Assembly: GCA_964016885.1 (NCBI GenBank)
Contig: OZ024741.1
Span: 226,982,001-227,046,000 of the forward strand
Direction of reading: 5' to 3'
Length of the DNA stretch: 64,000 nucleotides
DNA from: Eledone cirrhosa
Taxonomy: Eukaryota
In this document: positions 1-11,828 of the stretch, piece after piece
Position numbering within the stretch: position 1 is the first letter of the stretch
Layout of the letters: every line of letters begins with the position of its first letter
Translations under genes and position numbers: made by a program
Notes under the pieces: generated by a model
Databases searched by the model: none
The model's input: the letters and a program-made list of their open reading frames with translations, nothing else
What the model was told of the DNA's origin: nothing

Positions 1-370
1 ACTCGACCAATCCCATCCTCTGAGTATCGAAAACACCACCCGAAAAGGAGAACTGGTCAACATCATCAGATGCTTCCGATGCCGCAGGTTTTTTTTTTTT
101 TCAAATTTCCTTCTCTTAGAAAGCTGTTGTGACAACAACTGGGGGCCTTTCACTCCTAGGTGGAAAAAAAGTTATATTTGGATGGCCGTTGACTCTGCTG
201 AGTTCCTACGGCCTTTGCCAGGTCTTTTATTTCATTCTGCAGGGTGTCCAAATATCACCTTCTCACCAGGCAAGCTTGGTGGGGTTGCCGGTTTAGTCAC
301 CGATGACCCGACCATGAGACAGGTTGTACTGGGTTACATTTTACCAGTAGCACTCGAGAGCGACCTGACA
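1..370 (-). mobile_element. 5' end of an RTE-type element or its short derivative (runs off the window edge)
   Basis: 181-370 is a diverged copy of 865-1053; both abut a (TACA)n tract. Confidence 0.55.
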
Positions 371-443
371 TATATACATACATACATACATACATACATA
401 CATACATACATACATACATACATAACATAACATACATACATAC

Positions 444-1056
444 ATGGTGGCTGCCAACTCGTTTTCGAGTACGGCCACTACTTCATATCCATGTAGGAGA
501 ACCCCTACTGATGCGCTGAACGAGTGTGACTTTTTAGTCCCGCCAGCGACTTGAAAACTCTGGTACAAACACTGCACTTGTGACAATTATTGACACATAT
601 TGCTGGGCCCATGGTACCATGTGATGACAAGTGCAGAGAGATCTCCAGATATAAAGCAATGCCTGTGCCGTGAAGCTTTTATAGTGAGCAAAGGCACTGC
701 ACGAAGCCAGTCCCACTCTCTTAACCAAGATGATATTTACCAAAAAGAAGAACAAGTCAACATCATTGGATACCATCAGGGTTGCAGGTGTTATATCAGA
801 GTTTTCCTTCTCCTAGAATTCTGCCTTGACAAAGGCTAAGGGGTCATCTCTCCCGGTGATTTTGGATGGCCATTGACTCTTAAGAGCTCCTTTGCCCTTT
901 GACAGGCTTTGTTTTTAGTCCTGTAGGATGTCCAAAGTCACCCTCCTCACCAAGAAACCTTGGTGGGGTTGCCAGTTTAGTCGCCAATGACCCGACCATG
1001 AGACAGGTTGTACTTGGATACATGTTACCAGTAGCACCAACTGGTGACCTGACATG
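444..1056 (-). mobile_element. ~610 bp internally deleted RTE-derived element with (TATG)n tail
   Basis: Minus strand encodes KCSVCTRVFKSLAGLKSHTRSAH, like the last finger of the RTE at 60627-61279. It ends tggccgtactcgaaaacgagttggcagccaccatgtatg, matching the RTE 3' end near 61429-61470. Confidence 0.7.
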
Positions 1057-1727
1057 CATACATACATACATACATACATACATACATACATACATACATA
1101 CATACATACATACATACATACATACATACATTACGTTATTGTAAATTTTCTGGTTGCAATGAACTGTATTATGCAGTGTTCTTCTTCCCTTTCATTTTCC
1201 TCTCCTTTCACATTCTTTTTCTCTTGCGTTCCCCCACCCCACCCACCTATCTCTCACTTTTGAAATATTGTTTTGGCATTGTATTTCATATGTAGGAATT
1301 TAGGCGCCACCGAACTCGGATTGGAACAAGAGAAGCGATATGTTAGACACTCCCTTGGTACACCTTGACATAAAAAATAAATGGAAACTATTTGAAAAGA
1401 ATGAATACTTATTTTTTCATCCCATTTATTTTATACAAACATCATTTTAAAAATATTACTTTTTACATTTTATTTTCCTGGAGGAATGGGGTGTGAGGTG
1501 TTTAATTTTTCTTTTACTGTACTAGAGGTTTTTAGTTTGATATGAGTGAATTTGTAATAAAATCCACTCGATGATCATAAAATATTTACGCTTGTAACAT
1601 TTCAATGATTTAACCTGAAAATAACAATGGCCACTAGAAATCCACTTGCCATATTCTTATCATATCTGAATGGCATATTAATATGTTAAATATTGATTAG
1701 ATTCCGCTTGTTACAAACATTACAAAA

Positions 1728-1806
1728 CGATGATGATGATGATGACGACGACGACGATGATGATGATGACGACGACGACGACGACGAGGATGATGATGAC
1801 GATGAT
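1728..1806. repeat. (GAT/GAC)n microsatellite
   Basis: Direct reading. Confidence 0.9.
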
Positions 1807-1819
1807 AATGTTGATAAAA

Positions 1820-2955
1820 TTTCAAGGTGATAGTTTGTTTTCATTGCTATTTATATTGGACATGATATCACTCCAGTCTGATGTTACGAAAAGTCAAAAT
1901 AGCTTATGATGGTATGGTCAGATAAATCATTCATGGATAATTTCAAGTTCTATAAGAAGCAGCTGGAAAGTCTTATACATAAAGTTAGCATTTTTTCAAA
2001 TGATGTTGAAATGGGATTTGGGCTCGAAAAGTGCTCTATTTTCATAATAAAACGGAAAAGATTTGAAAGAAATCAGGGAATTGAAATGCCAAATGGGCAA
2101 ACGATGAAATCAATTGAGGAACAACAGGGTTATAAGTATTTGGAAATTGTGGAAGCAGATGGAATAAAAGATGAAGAGATGAAACAAATTATGAGATGGG
2201 AGTATACAAGGAGTTTGAATTAAAGAAATGTTAATAGAGCGATTAACTGAACAACAGCGCTAGTTATCAGGTATGGAACTTGAATTGTGGACTGGACAAC
2301 GGGCAAACTCGACATAAATATTAGGAAGCTGTTGACTATGCATAGAACCTACCATTCGAAATCTGATATCAACTGGTTGTACTTGAAGAATTCAAGGTGG
2401 AAGAAGCTTAATTGGTGTAGAATGAAACAGCTTACTTGATTGTTTGTAAAACAGATAAGAAAATTCCCAAAGGCAGTAAATAAAGAACGTGTGATTAAGA
2501 CTGGAAAAGGTGAAAAGGACAAAAATGAAATTCAAAGGGAGGATATTGAACAGATTGAAGAGAAACCTTTGCATGGTCAGTTTTGGAAAGTCACTGAAGA
2601 CGAACGTGGAAGAAATCTCTTGGCTTGATTAATAAAGGGAGATTTGGAAAAAGAAATAGAGAGCCTTATTGTAGCAGATCGAGATCAAGTACTGCAAACA
2701 AACAACTAGAGAAAATATGTGTAGGGGAAGGAAATGTCAGCAAAATGTAAAGTATTTGGAATTTTGTATGAAACAGTGGCACACATTTTTGGAGAATGAC
2801 CCACGTTAGCCCAGGGAGAATATAAAGAACGGAGACATGATCAAGTTATGAAGGTTTTACAATGGAAGCGTTATCAGAAATAGAACTTTGAAGCAGGAAG
2901 TAGGTGGTATATTCATCGGGTAGAACAAGTGTTTGAGTCAGAAACATGCAAATAT
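1820..2955 (+). pseudogene. Degenerate R4/Dong-clade non-LTR retrotransposon, RT and C-terminal part
   Basis: QGDSLFSLLF, FMDN, MGFGLEKC, YKYL, LHGQFW, KKEIESLIVA, ETVAHI and RHD motifs, with many stops and frameshifts. Confidence 0.75.
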
Positions 2956-3199
2956 TACTCAGATACCATCCAATTGATATATCTGGAAACATTATCATAT
3001 CGCTTTTTTACACTCTCGCTGTGCCAACTTACATTCGCTTTCAATATGGCTGACTGTTTCATCTTTTATTCCTTGCCCCAGCATGGCCTTAGTCGGATGG
3101 CTGGAACAGGTGATTTTATCGTTTTGTCAACTTCATGTTTAATGTAGTTAGTTCAAAGAACCTGCTCCCGGGCGCTGCTCACCAGAGCTTTGGTGCATT

Positions 3200-4620
3200 C
3201 TTTTAGATAGCCATTTTTAAGCCACGACTAGCTATTTTCGTAATCAATACCTACATTATCTCTAGGGTACTATCCTTGCATTAGTTTATCCTTCCATTCT
3301 TTTTCAAGTTATTTTGTCACTGTTTTCTTGCATTCATTAGGTACTATTGTATCAACAGATTTCAGTGTATCGAGGTCTTTTACTTTTGACACGATGTTAC
3401 CCGTTACAATTTTAAGGTAATAAGCTGGTTTGTTTCTACACTTTTGACACAATTTCCACAACTTATTATCTCTCTACCTCGTTTCTTTCTTCCAACACAA
3501 AGTCTTGTGACATCACTCTTTGTGTGGAGTTCTTTATACACTGTCACCAATTTTCTAGTTTTCCTATCAATATTTTCTAATTCATCTTTCCTCCATTTAA
3601 TAACTCCTGCCCCATAGCGCATGGAATACACAGCTCATGTATTCGTTACTTTGATCTTATTCCTTCCATTCAATTTAGATTACATTACAAGTCTCACTCA
3701 CTTGAGGTATTCTTATTTTAATATCCTTCATTTCTTTCTCTTTGATATTCAACTCAAACACTCCCAAATACTTGTATCCCACTCCTTTAATTGTTTGGCT
3801 ATTTGCAGGCTCAATTCCTGTACTCTTCGTTATGTTTCCACGTTTCAGGTTGAGAACACCACATTTTTTATTCAAAATTCTATTCAAATATCCTAACTAA
3901 TCAGGTTTGCAAATAACTTTAAATCATCCGTGAACAACAGTTGGTTGATCTTAATACCATCTAACATATTTCCCATTTTCACTTTTCTAATTTCTTGGGT
4001 CAGGGGGATCATGCAGATGACAAATAAGAGTGGTGATAAACTAGCTCCCTGAAATATACCCCTTCGTTTGTTAACAGACTCTAACTGATCCCCACAAGAA
4101 ATTAACTCTGTTTTCCAGCTAGCCATGGATCTTTCTGTAAACTTAATTATATTATCTGACACTTGAGTAAATTTCAGACACTCTAATAATTGTTTCTACT
4201 TTTAGGCACAAGGCCAGACACTCTAATAATCCACCCACGCCATGGCTAAGTTCTTTTACCACTTTTACAATCTACAGAGATTGTTTTATCAATCAGCAGA
4301 TTACCTTTTGTACCCCTGCTGTTGTTTTTGCACCTTTTCTACTTTTCCGGTAGCATTTCATTCTCCTCAAGGGACTTATACACGATCTCAAAGATGATTC
4401 CAGTCATAAATTTCAACGTTAATACCAAGAAACATGTGGGACTAAAATTATCTATTACATTACCTTTAGCAGAGTCCTTCTGAAAAAACACAGGCCTACC
4501 CGTTGTCATCCATGTAGGTATCTCTGCATGGCTGTTTAACATCTCATTCATTTAAGTTGATATTCCTTTATGTAAAGATGTCAATTTCTTCAACCAAAAG
4601 CCATTGATGCCCTCTATGTG
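3200..4620 (-). pseudogene. Degenerate R4/Dong-clade LINE RT fragment
   Basis: GFWLKKLTSLH, PTWMTTGR, RRGIFQGASLSPLLF, LLFTDDLKLFA, YKYLG, MRYGAGVIKW..IDRKTRKL in broken frames. Confidence 0.8.
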
Positions 4621-4717
4621 AGAAGACAGGCCACCTGAGAGCTTTCTGCCCTCAACAGCAGACAGGGAAGCGCATATGTATTGTCCCTTGATTGGGGCCT
4701 GTTGGCCAATATAGAAA

Positions 4718-5135
4718 GGGCGGTGGATTGGTAGTATCGGTAGAGCGTCTGACACCATGCTTAGCGGCATGGAGTTACAGCCCTTTACGTTCTGATTTCA
4801 AATCCCGCCGAGGTTAGCTTTGCCTTTCATCCTTACGGGGTCGATAAATAAAGCACCAGTAATGTACTGGGGTCGATTTAATCGACTTTCCATTCTCCCA
4901 AAATTTCTGACCTTGTGTTTATAGTAGATATTATTATTATAGGGCGGTGAATTGGCAGTATCGGTCGAGGGTCGGATATGCTTTCCAGCATAGTTACGTC
5001 CCTTTACGATCTGAGTTTAATTCCCGCCGAGGTTAACTTTGCCTTTCATCCTTACAGGGGAGATAAAATAAAGTACCAGTAATGCACTGGGATAATTGCT
5101 GGCCTTGTGCCAAAAGTAGAAACAATTATTATTAT
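4718..5135 (+). mobile_element. Two tandem tRNA-derived SINE copies (Meta-domain-like core)
   Basis: A-box/B-box-like head (gttcaaatccc type), core gcctttcatccttacggggtcgataaaataaagtaccag, (ATT)n tail; more than 10 further copies in the window. Confidence 0.8.
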
Positions 5136-5141
5136 CATCAT

Positions 5142-5142
5142 C

Positions 5143-5195
<53 letters not shown>

Positions 5196-5205
5196 CAGCA
5201 CCAGC

Positions 5206-5297
<92 letters not shown>

Positions 5298-5310
5298 CAA
5301 CAGCAGCACC

Positions 5311-5372
<62 letters not shown>

Positions 5373-5388
5373 CACCAGCAGCAGCAGC

Positions 5389-5447
<59 letters not shown>

Positions 5448-5463
5448 CAGCAGCAGCACCAGC

Positions 5464-5501
<38 letters not shown>

Positions 5502-5514
5502 CAGTAGCAGCAGC

Positions 5515-5570
<56 letters not shown>
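5142..5570. repeat. (AGT)n microsatellite with periodic AGC/ACC interruptions
   Basis: Direct reading. Confidence 0.95.
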
Positions 5571-5717
5571 CATCCGTGTTATTTGTTTCTTTCATTGATT
5601 TCATCAAAGATGCAGCATTCAAAGATTTTTAAAAAACATGACGTGCAAAGATAGTAGAACGCTTGGTAAAAAGAAATCATAGTTTAACAATTGCATCTCA
5701 TTGATAATACAAATAAT

Positions 5718-5900
5718 CTATATATATAAAACTGTTGTTGTCTGTGCGTGGGTGTGTGTGTGTGTGTGTGTGTCCTCTTTTTTGAAAAGTTTACACAAAC
5801 GTTTCTACTCCGATTGACTTCAAACTTGCATCTATATATTCCTTGTGGTCTAAAGATACTAACGGCAGCTTTTATTTTTCCTTTTTCTGTTGTTAAAGGG
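5718..5900 (+). mobile_element. 5' end of a non-autonomous Helitron-like element
   Basis: Starts TCTATATATATAAAACTG + (TG)n, like the element at 52546. Confidence 0.5.
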
Positions 5901-6114
5901 GTGTTAGGCGCCGGTTATCGATCTCCGTCGAGCCCTTATAATATCTGTCTGTATGTCTGGCTGTCTGCATAACGACATTCTGTCGAACACGTCATTGCTG
6001 ACGTATTATCTTCGCTACATTCACATACATATATATATATATATATACATATATACTTATATATAAATATATATACACATATATACATATACACACACAT
6101 ATATACACATATAC

Positions 6115-6149
<35 letters not shown>

Positions 6150-6631
6150 GTAATAATAATAAATTTGAAGACTAAAATCGAAAGAGGGCTCGATAAGGAT
6201 AAATATATATCAAATATATAAGAACCGTAGAGCAAATATTTATTAAAATAACAGATTAAAGTTTAAGCAAAGAATCGCTGCTTTCACCCTTAACGGAATC
6301 TTCTGAAACTAACAAAGTCAATCTGTAAACGCAGAAGTGGATATTTCAAAAAACGTTGCAACCGGAGGAAGACAGAAAGACGATACTTTGGTTCGTGGAA
6401 ACGTTCCCTGGCAAAGAACGGGAAAAACGAATATAATACGTCATTGATAGGCGCGGTGAAAAACAATTACACGCAAAGAGAGAACCACGTTTATGGTATA
6501 AAAGAAGTCGTAGACTAATGTTCTCTTAGGTGGTTCATAGAGACGTTCTCTGGCAATGAACGGAAAAAACGAAGATAATACGTCATATGTGGAGCGTGGA
6601 GAACAATTGCACGCAAAGACAAAACCACGTA

Positions 6632-7814
6632 CAGCGATTCTGCGTAGGTTACTGATCTTATCGGCCTTTTCTTTCTTTTCTCTATCAAGGACGAATTCCC
6701 CAACGTGGGCGGTGGTTTGTACAGTGATGATGGTCTATTGACCATGACTAAGTGCGGCCCTCATGCTTGCGACAGGTTCAGAAAAGAACTCACATCCTTC
6801 TTTAAAGGCTTCAACCTCTCTATACAGGTTGAGGCCAATCTCTCGGTCGTTAATTACCTAGACGTTACCCCCAATTTATCGAATGGGTTGTATTACCCGT
6901 ATAGAAAGCCGAATGATACGCTTAATTACATAAGTAAGCATTCCAACCATTCTGCCAACATAACCAAGAACCTGGTAAGAAACGTTTCTTTGGGGCTTTC
7001 CCGTCTATCTACTAACGAGCATATTTTCAACGACCATTCCACTTATTACAATGAAGCTCTTGCCCGGAGTGGATTTGTCGATAAGGTAGCATATACAGAT
7101 TACGAAAATAGACCTAGAAGAAATAGATCCGGTCGCATTTGTTGGTATCACCCACCATATAATATAGAGGTGGCCACACCATTAGCTAAGATCTTTCTTT
7201 CCCTTATTACGTAGCATTTTCCCCCTACACATAAATATAGTAAAATTTTTAATAGAAATACTATTAGAATTTCTTAGTCTACGACTCCTAACCTTGCACA
7301 TAACATCACAGCTTCAAATTTAGCTAAACTACCTAGCCGCAGGAACACGTGCAACCCTGTAGCTAGTACTAACTGTAATTGTAGGAATTGGGTTGATTGC
7401 TCCCTATCCGGGAAATGCCTCTCTAGTAATAATGTCTACAAATGTAAGGTTGAAACACCCACGTCCCGTAGGGCCTACATAGGGTTAACCGCCAATACAT
7501 TCAAGCAGCGTCTTTACATGCATACCCATTCTTTTCGTTACCCTCTAAGAAGGAATATGACGTCACTTTCAGCTTATATCTGGAGTCTAAAAGACAACCA
7601 CACCCAATATAAGTTACACTGGGAGATCCTAGCAAGGGCTAGATCGTATAACGGTAATAAAAGACCATGTGAACTCTGCGCCGCTGAGGCCCTGGAAATA
7701 CTCTACGCCACAGACCACATCTTAAACAAAAAATCTGAGGCAATTTCGGCTTGTAAACATAAATTGCACAAAACTTTCCTGTATTACAGCCCCACGTTAT
7801 ACCCTAACGGATAG
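6632..7814 (+). pseudogene. PLE RT C-terminus + GIY-YIG endonuclease, disrupted
   Basis: GLYSDDGL, VNYLDVT, PYRKPND, WYHPPY, CNC..C.L.G.CL, VY..YIGLT..FKQR..H, CELC..E; internal stops. Confidence 0.9.
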
Positions 7815-8743
7815 TACGATCTATACGTGGATATTTTACGTCTTGATGTGGTAGCTAAGTATATATTATGTTTATACCATTACTTATTTGCATAGATAAG
7901 TATATATTACCTGTTTGTTTTGTGAAGGTACGTATACTTTCTCGTATGTATATTTGATTGTATATGTTATGACGTATAATTTTTTATATATTCTGGTACA
8001 TATGGTTTGGTTATGCGTATACGGGAGTTTTGCGTCTGTGTGAGTATGCGAGTTCGTACGTATGTAGGGTGTGTGTATTGTGTACTTCATGTTTTGGTTG
8101 ACGTCGTCTCCGAACATTTGTGTATTTACATGTAGGTATGTGTGTGCGCTTGTTATATACGTATTTATTTATATACGTTTATTTAATTATTTATTTATTT
8201 GTATACACGCACACAAACACACACACACATATTTATATGTGCGTGGTTTTGTATACCTATGGCAAGTGTTTTCGCGTTGCTTGTGTATGCACGTATTTGC
8301 ATGCGTGTATGTATTTATTTATTTTCTATTACCTCTGTATTGTATTTTATTTACTTTATTCTTAACTCTGAAGCGGAGATTCATTCGGTTTCCTAGTTAG
8401 AATTTTAGTCTATGACTTCAGCTATACCATTTACGTGGTTTTGTCTTTGCGTGCAATTGTTCTCCACGCTCCACATATGACGTATTATCTTCGTTTTTTC
8501 CGTTCATTACCAAAGAACGTCTCTATGAACCACCTAAGAGAACATTAGTCTACGACTTCTTTTATACCATAAAGGGGGTTCTGTCTTTGCGTGTAATTGT
8601 TTTTCACCGCTCCTATTAATGACGTATTATATTCGTTCTTTGCCAGGGAACGTTTCCACGAACCAAAGTATCGTCTACCTGTCTTCCTCCGGTTGCAACG
8701 TTTTTTGAAATATCCACTTCTGCGTTTACAGATTGACTTTGTT

Positions 8744-8794
8744 AGTTTCAGAAGATCCCGTTAAGGGTGAAAGCAGCGATTCTTTGCTTAAACT
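8744..8794 (+). ncRNA. Hammerhead-like motif with CAGAAGA core (family 1 pLTR)
   Basis: agttt CAGAAGA tccc-gttaa-gggt GAAA gca..tgc TT aaact. Confidence 0.6.
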
Positions 8795-8805
8795 TTAATC
8801 TGTTA

Positions 8806-8902
<97 letters not shown>

Positions 8903-8989
8903 AGTATATACATATACAAACACATATACACATATATAGATATACACATATACATATATAAATATACACATAAAAATATATGTGTATAT

Positions 8990-9022
<33 letters not shown>

Positions 9023-9098
9023 CACATACATACATACACACACACATATATATATATATATGCATACATACACACATATATATCTATATATATGTATC

Positions 9099-9198
<100 letters not shown>

Positions 9199-9209
9199 CA
9201 TACATATAT

Positions 9210-9319
9210 ATAGGAAAAAGTATGACCCCATACTTTTTCCTATTTACCACTCTACTACTCCAAGTATTGAGTACTCTGGTGCGTTATGGTCCATCTGGTT
9301 CCTTACCACAATTCCTTTG

Positions 9320-9322
<3 letters not shown>
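9210..9322 (+). mobile_element. Miniature pLTR end of PLE family 5 with a 14-bp foldback
   Basis: taggaaaaagtatg-accc-catactttttccta, then sequence matching 19625-19716; inside (TA)n. Confidence 0.7.
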
Positions 9323-9360
<38 letters not shown>

Positions 9361-9564
9361 TACATTGTAGGTCGCTTTAACCCGTCTTTTATTATTCAAA
9401 ATACTTCTTGCCAATAAACATTAACCCTTTGTGCGCCATTCATCTAACTCTAGACCAACAAATACCAAGAACGATGGCTAATGAATCTTCGAGATAAGCA
9501 GTTTCCTCCCGAGCTGTTAGTTCACGCGGGATTCTCTGCTACACCTTTTCGTAATTCTTTGTAC

Positions 9565-9680
9565 TTTTGGCACAAGGCCAGCATTTAACCAGTGTATTAC
9601 TGGTACTTTATTTTATCGACCCCGTAAGAATGAAAGGCAAAGTTAACCTCGGCGGGATTTGAACTCAGAAATACCGAACA
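9565..9680 (-). mobile_element. SINE fragment
   Basis: Reverse complement of the SINE core and tail. Confidence 0.75.
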
Positions 9681-9721
9681 ACGTACTGCTGGTCGCTCCT
9701 TCCTCCAAAAGCCATACAAAG

Positions 9722-9791
<70 letters not shown>

Positions 9792-9794
<3 letters not shown>

Positions 9795-10500
9795 AGATTA
9801 AAATAACAGATTAAAGTTTAAGCAAAGAATCGCTGCTTTCACCCTTAACGAGATCTTCTGAAAAGCGTTTCAGAAGATCCCGTTAACTTTAATCTGTTAT
9901 TTTAATTAATATATGCTCTACGGTTCTTATATATTTGATATATATTTATCCTTATCGAGCCCTCTTTGGATTTTAGTCTTCAAATTTATTATTATTAATA
10001 TATATATATATATATTTGTTATAAGAACAGATTAAAATTTAAGCAAAGAAACGCTGCTTTCAACATTAACGGGGGATATTCTGAAACTAAAAAATTTAAT
10101 CTGTGAACGCAGAAGTAAATATTTCGAGAAACGTTGCAACCGAAGGAAAACAGGAAGACGATACTTTGGTTCGTGAAAACGTTCCCTGGTAATGAACGGA
10201 AAAAAGCGAGGATAATACGTCGTTATATGGACCCAAAGAACAATTTCATGCAAAGACAAGACCAAGTTTATGGTATAAATGGAGTCGTTAGACTAATATT
10301 CTATTTAAAATAACTGAATGATTTCCAGCCTCGGAGTTTAAGAATGATATAAATAAAATTGAAAACGAAAATGACAGAGATTATTAAAATAGTAAAAGTA
10401 AATAGTGAAGATTTAGGCCAGTACATACGTATGCGCCAACTGACATACACATACATATACATACGCACACACAAATACATACACAGACACATCCGCGCGC
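9792..10500. mobile_element. Rearranged family 1 pLTR fragments (foldback 9798-9905, then a diverged minus copy)
   Basis: Similarity to 6150-6520 in both orientations. Confidence 0.75.
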
Positions 10501-10619
10501 GCGCGCGCACTTGTGTGTGTGTGTGTAAACCTTATGCATTTCTACAGTATTTTCACCAAACTTAAGACATAGGTTATTTATGTACTCCGGATGGTCATGG
10601 GCACTTTCATTTTTCCAGA

Positions 10620-10957
10620 TATTGATTATAGGGCCTCCCGGCAAATAACCCCCTTCAACCGCTTCCTTGGATTCGACTGAAGCACTGCAGTGCAATGCAA
10701 CAAAACATCATAACTTCTGGAGTTCGCAACCGATTTTCACAAAACTTGACACATGGGCTACGTTTGTTCTACAGATTAATGTGAACTCTCAGAATTGCCA
10801 CATATTAAGTAGGGGACGCCTGGGGGCAGGAACACCCTTTTGGAAAAAGCCGATGATTTTGTAAAAGTATAGTTTTCGAAGCAGCACTGAAGTATTGACA
10901 TAAATGGTATACATAACTGCTATTTAATACCCGAGCAACGCCGGGTACCTCTGCTAG
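10620..10957 (+). mobile_element. Non-autonomous Helitron, 3' part (5' boundary uncertain)
   Basis: Subterminal hairpin tacccg-agcaacgc-cgggta, then CTAG|T at 10954-10958. Confidence 0.65.
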
Positions 10958-11096
10958 TATTGTGGAAATTGAGTAATATCTTTGAAAAAGAAATAGTCAC
11001 GTACGACATCTCTGAAAAGCATTAAATGACACCAATATGTTAAATGACAATATACAATGCGCGCACACACACGCACATACATACATGCATATATAT

Positions 11097-11694
11097 ATAA
11101 CAACTAGAAATTGATTAACATATAAATAAACATATGAAACAATCACAGGGGATAATTTTTACAAGTGTGTAAGCACACATAGCTAGGTAGGTAACTAAAT
11201 AAAGTTAACTAGAACTTCAAAAATAGATACCTTATAATATGATTAATCTTCCCTGAATATATTCCAAGAAACATATTTCACTAATTAATCGAATGGTAAA
11301 CCACGGAGGCCGATACTTGGATTTTCAACAAGGAAGAAGACAAGCCATCTGTGTTTACGCATTAAGTTCAAATCAGCGACTGGCCAGAAACACGTGCTGT
11401 ATCTACTAAAAATACACACATCATACCAGCTTCGTCCTAGTGGCGTGAATAGGGTTATCGACAACTAGAAACAGCAGTCAAGTCCTTTCAACAGAGTTAG
11501 CTCTACAATTAAGGAGCCGTATTTATATATCTATATCCATATTAATCATATTATAAGGTATCTATTTTTGAAGTTCTAGTTAACTTTATTTAGTTACCTA
11601 CCTAGCTATGTGTGCTTACACACTTGTAAAAATTATCCCCTGTTAATTGTTTCATATGTTTATATTTATATGTTAATCAATTTCTAGTTGTTAT
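11097..11694. repeat. ~150-bp inverted repeat with ~290-bp spacer
   Basis: 11097-11248 is near-identical to the reverse complement of 11541-11694. Confidence 0.85.
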
Positions 11695-11828
11695 AAAATG
11701 CCCGGACCTATTCATTAGAATCTTGGTGCTTATTTTACGGGTGATGTGGGGCATGCCTTTCTGGCATGACACCCATAATTTTAGTTTAGATTAAATTCAC
11801 TTGGATATATATATATATATATATATAC

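Larger units (their letters stand above)
6148..8810 (+). mobile_element. 5'-truncated PLE family 1 (probably Nematis-like) with 5'-inverted pLTR
   Basis: 6245-6631 is the reverse complement of ~8430-8810; RT-EN remnant between; (TA)n on both sides. Confidence 0.9.

Noticed and set aside
285-370. Possible HDV-like ribozyme at the RTE-derived 5' end (GG-GUC..GAC-UAA)
   Set aside because: Could not build P1/P3 with correct topology by eye
5017-5632. Long poly-T/L/S/V ORFs
   Set aside because: Translations of an (AGT)n microsatellite
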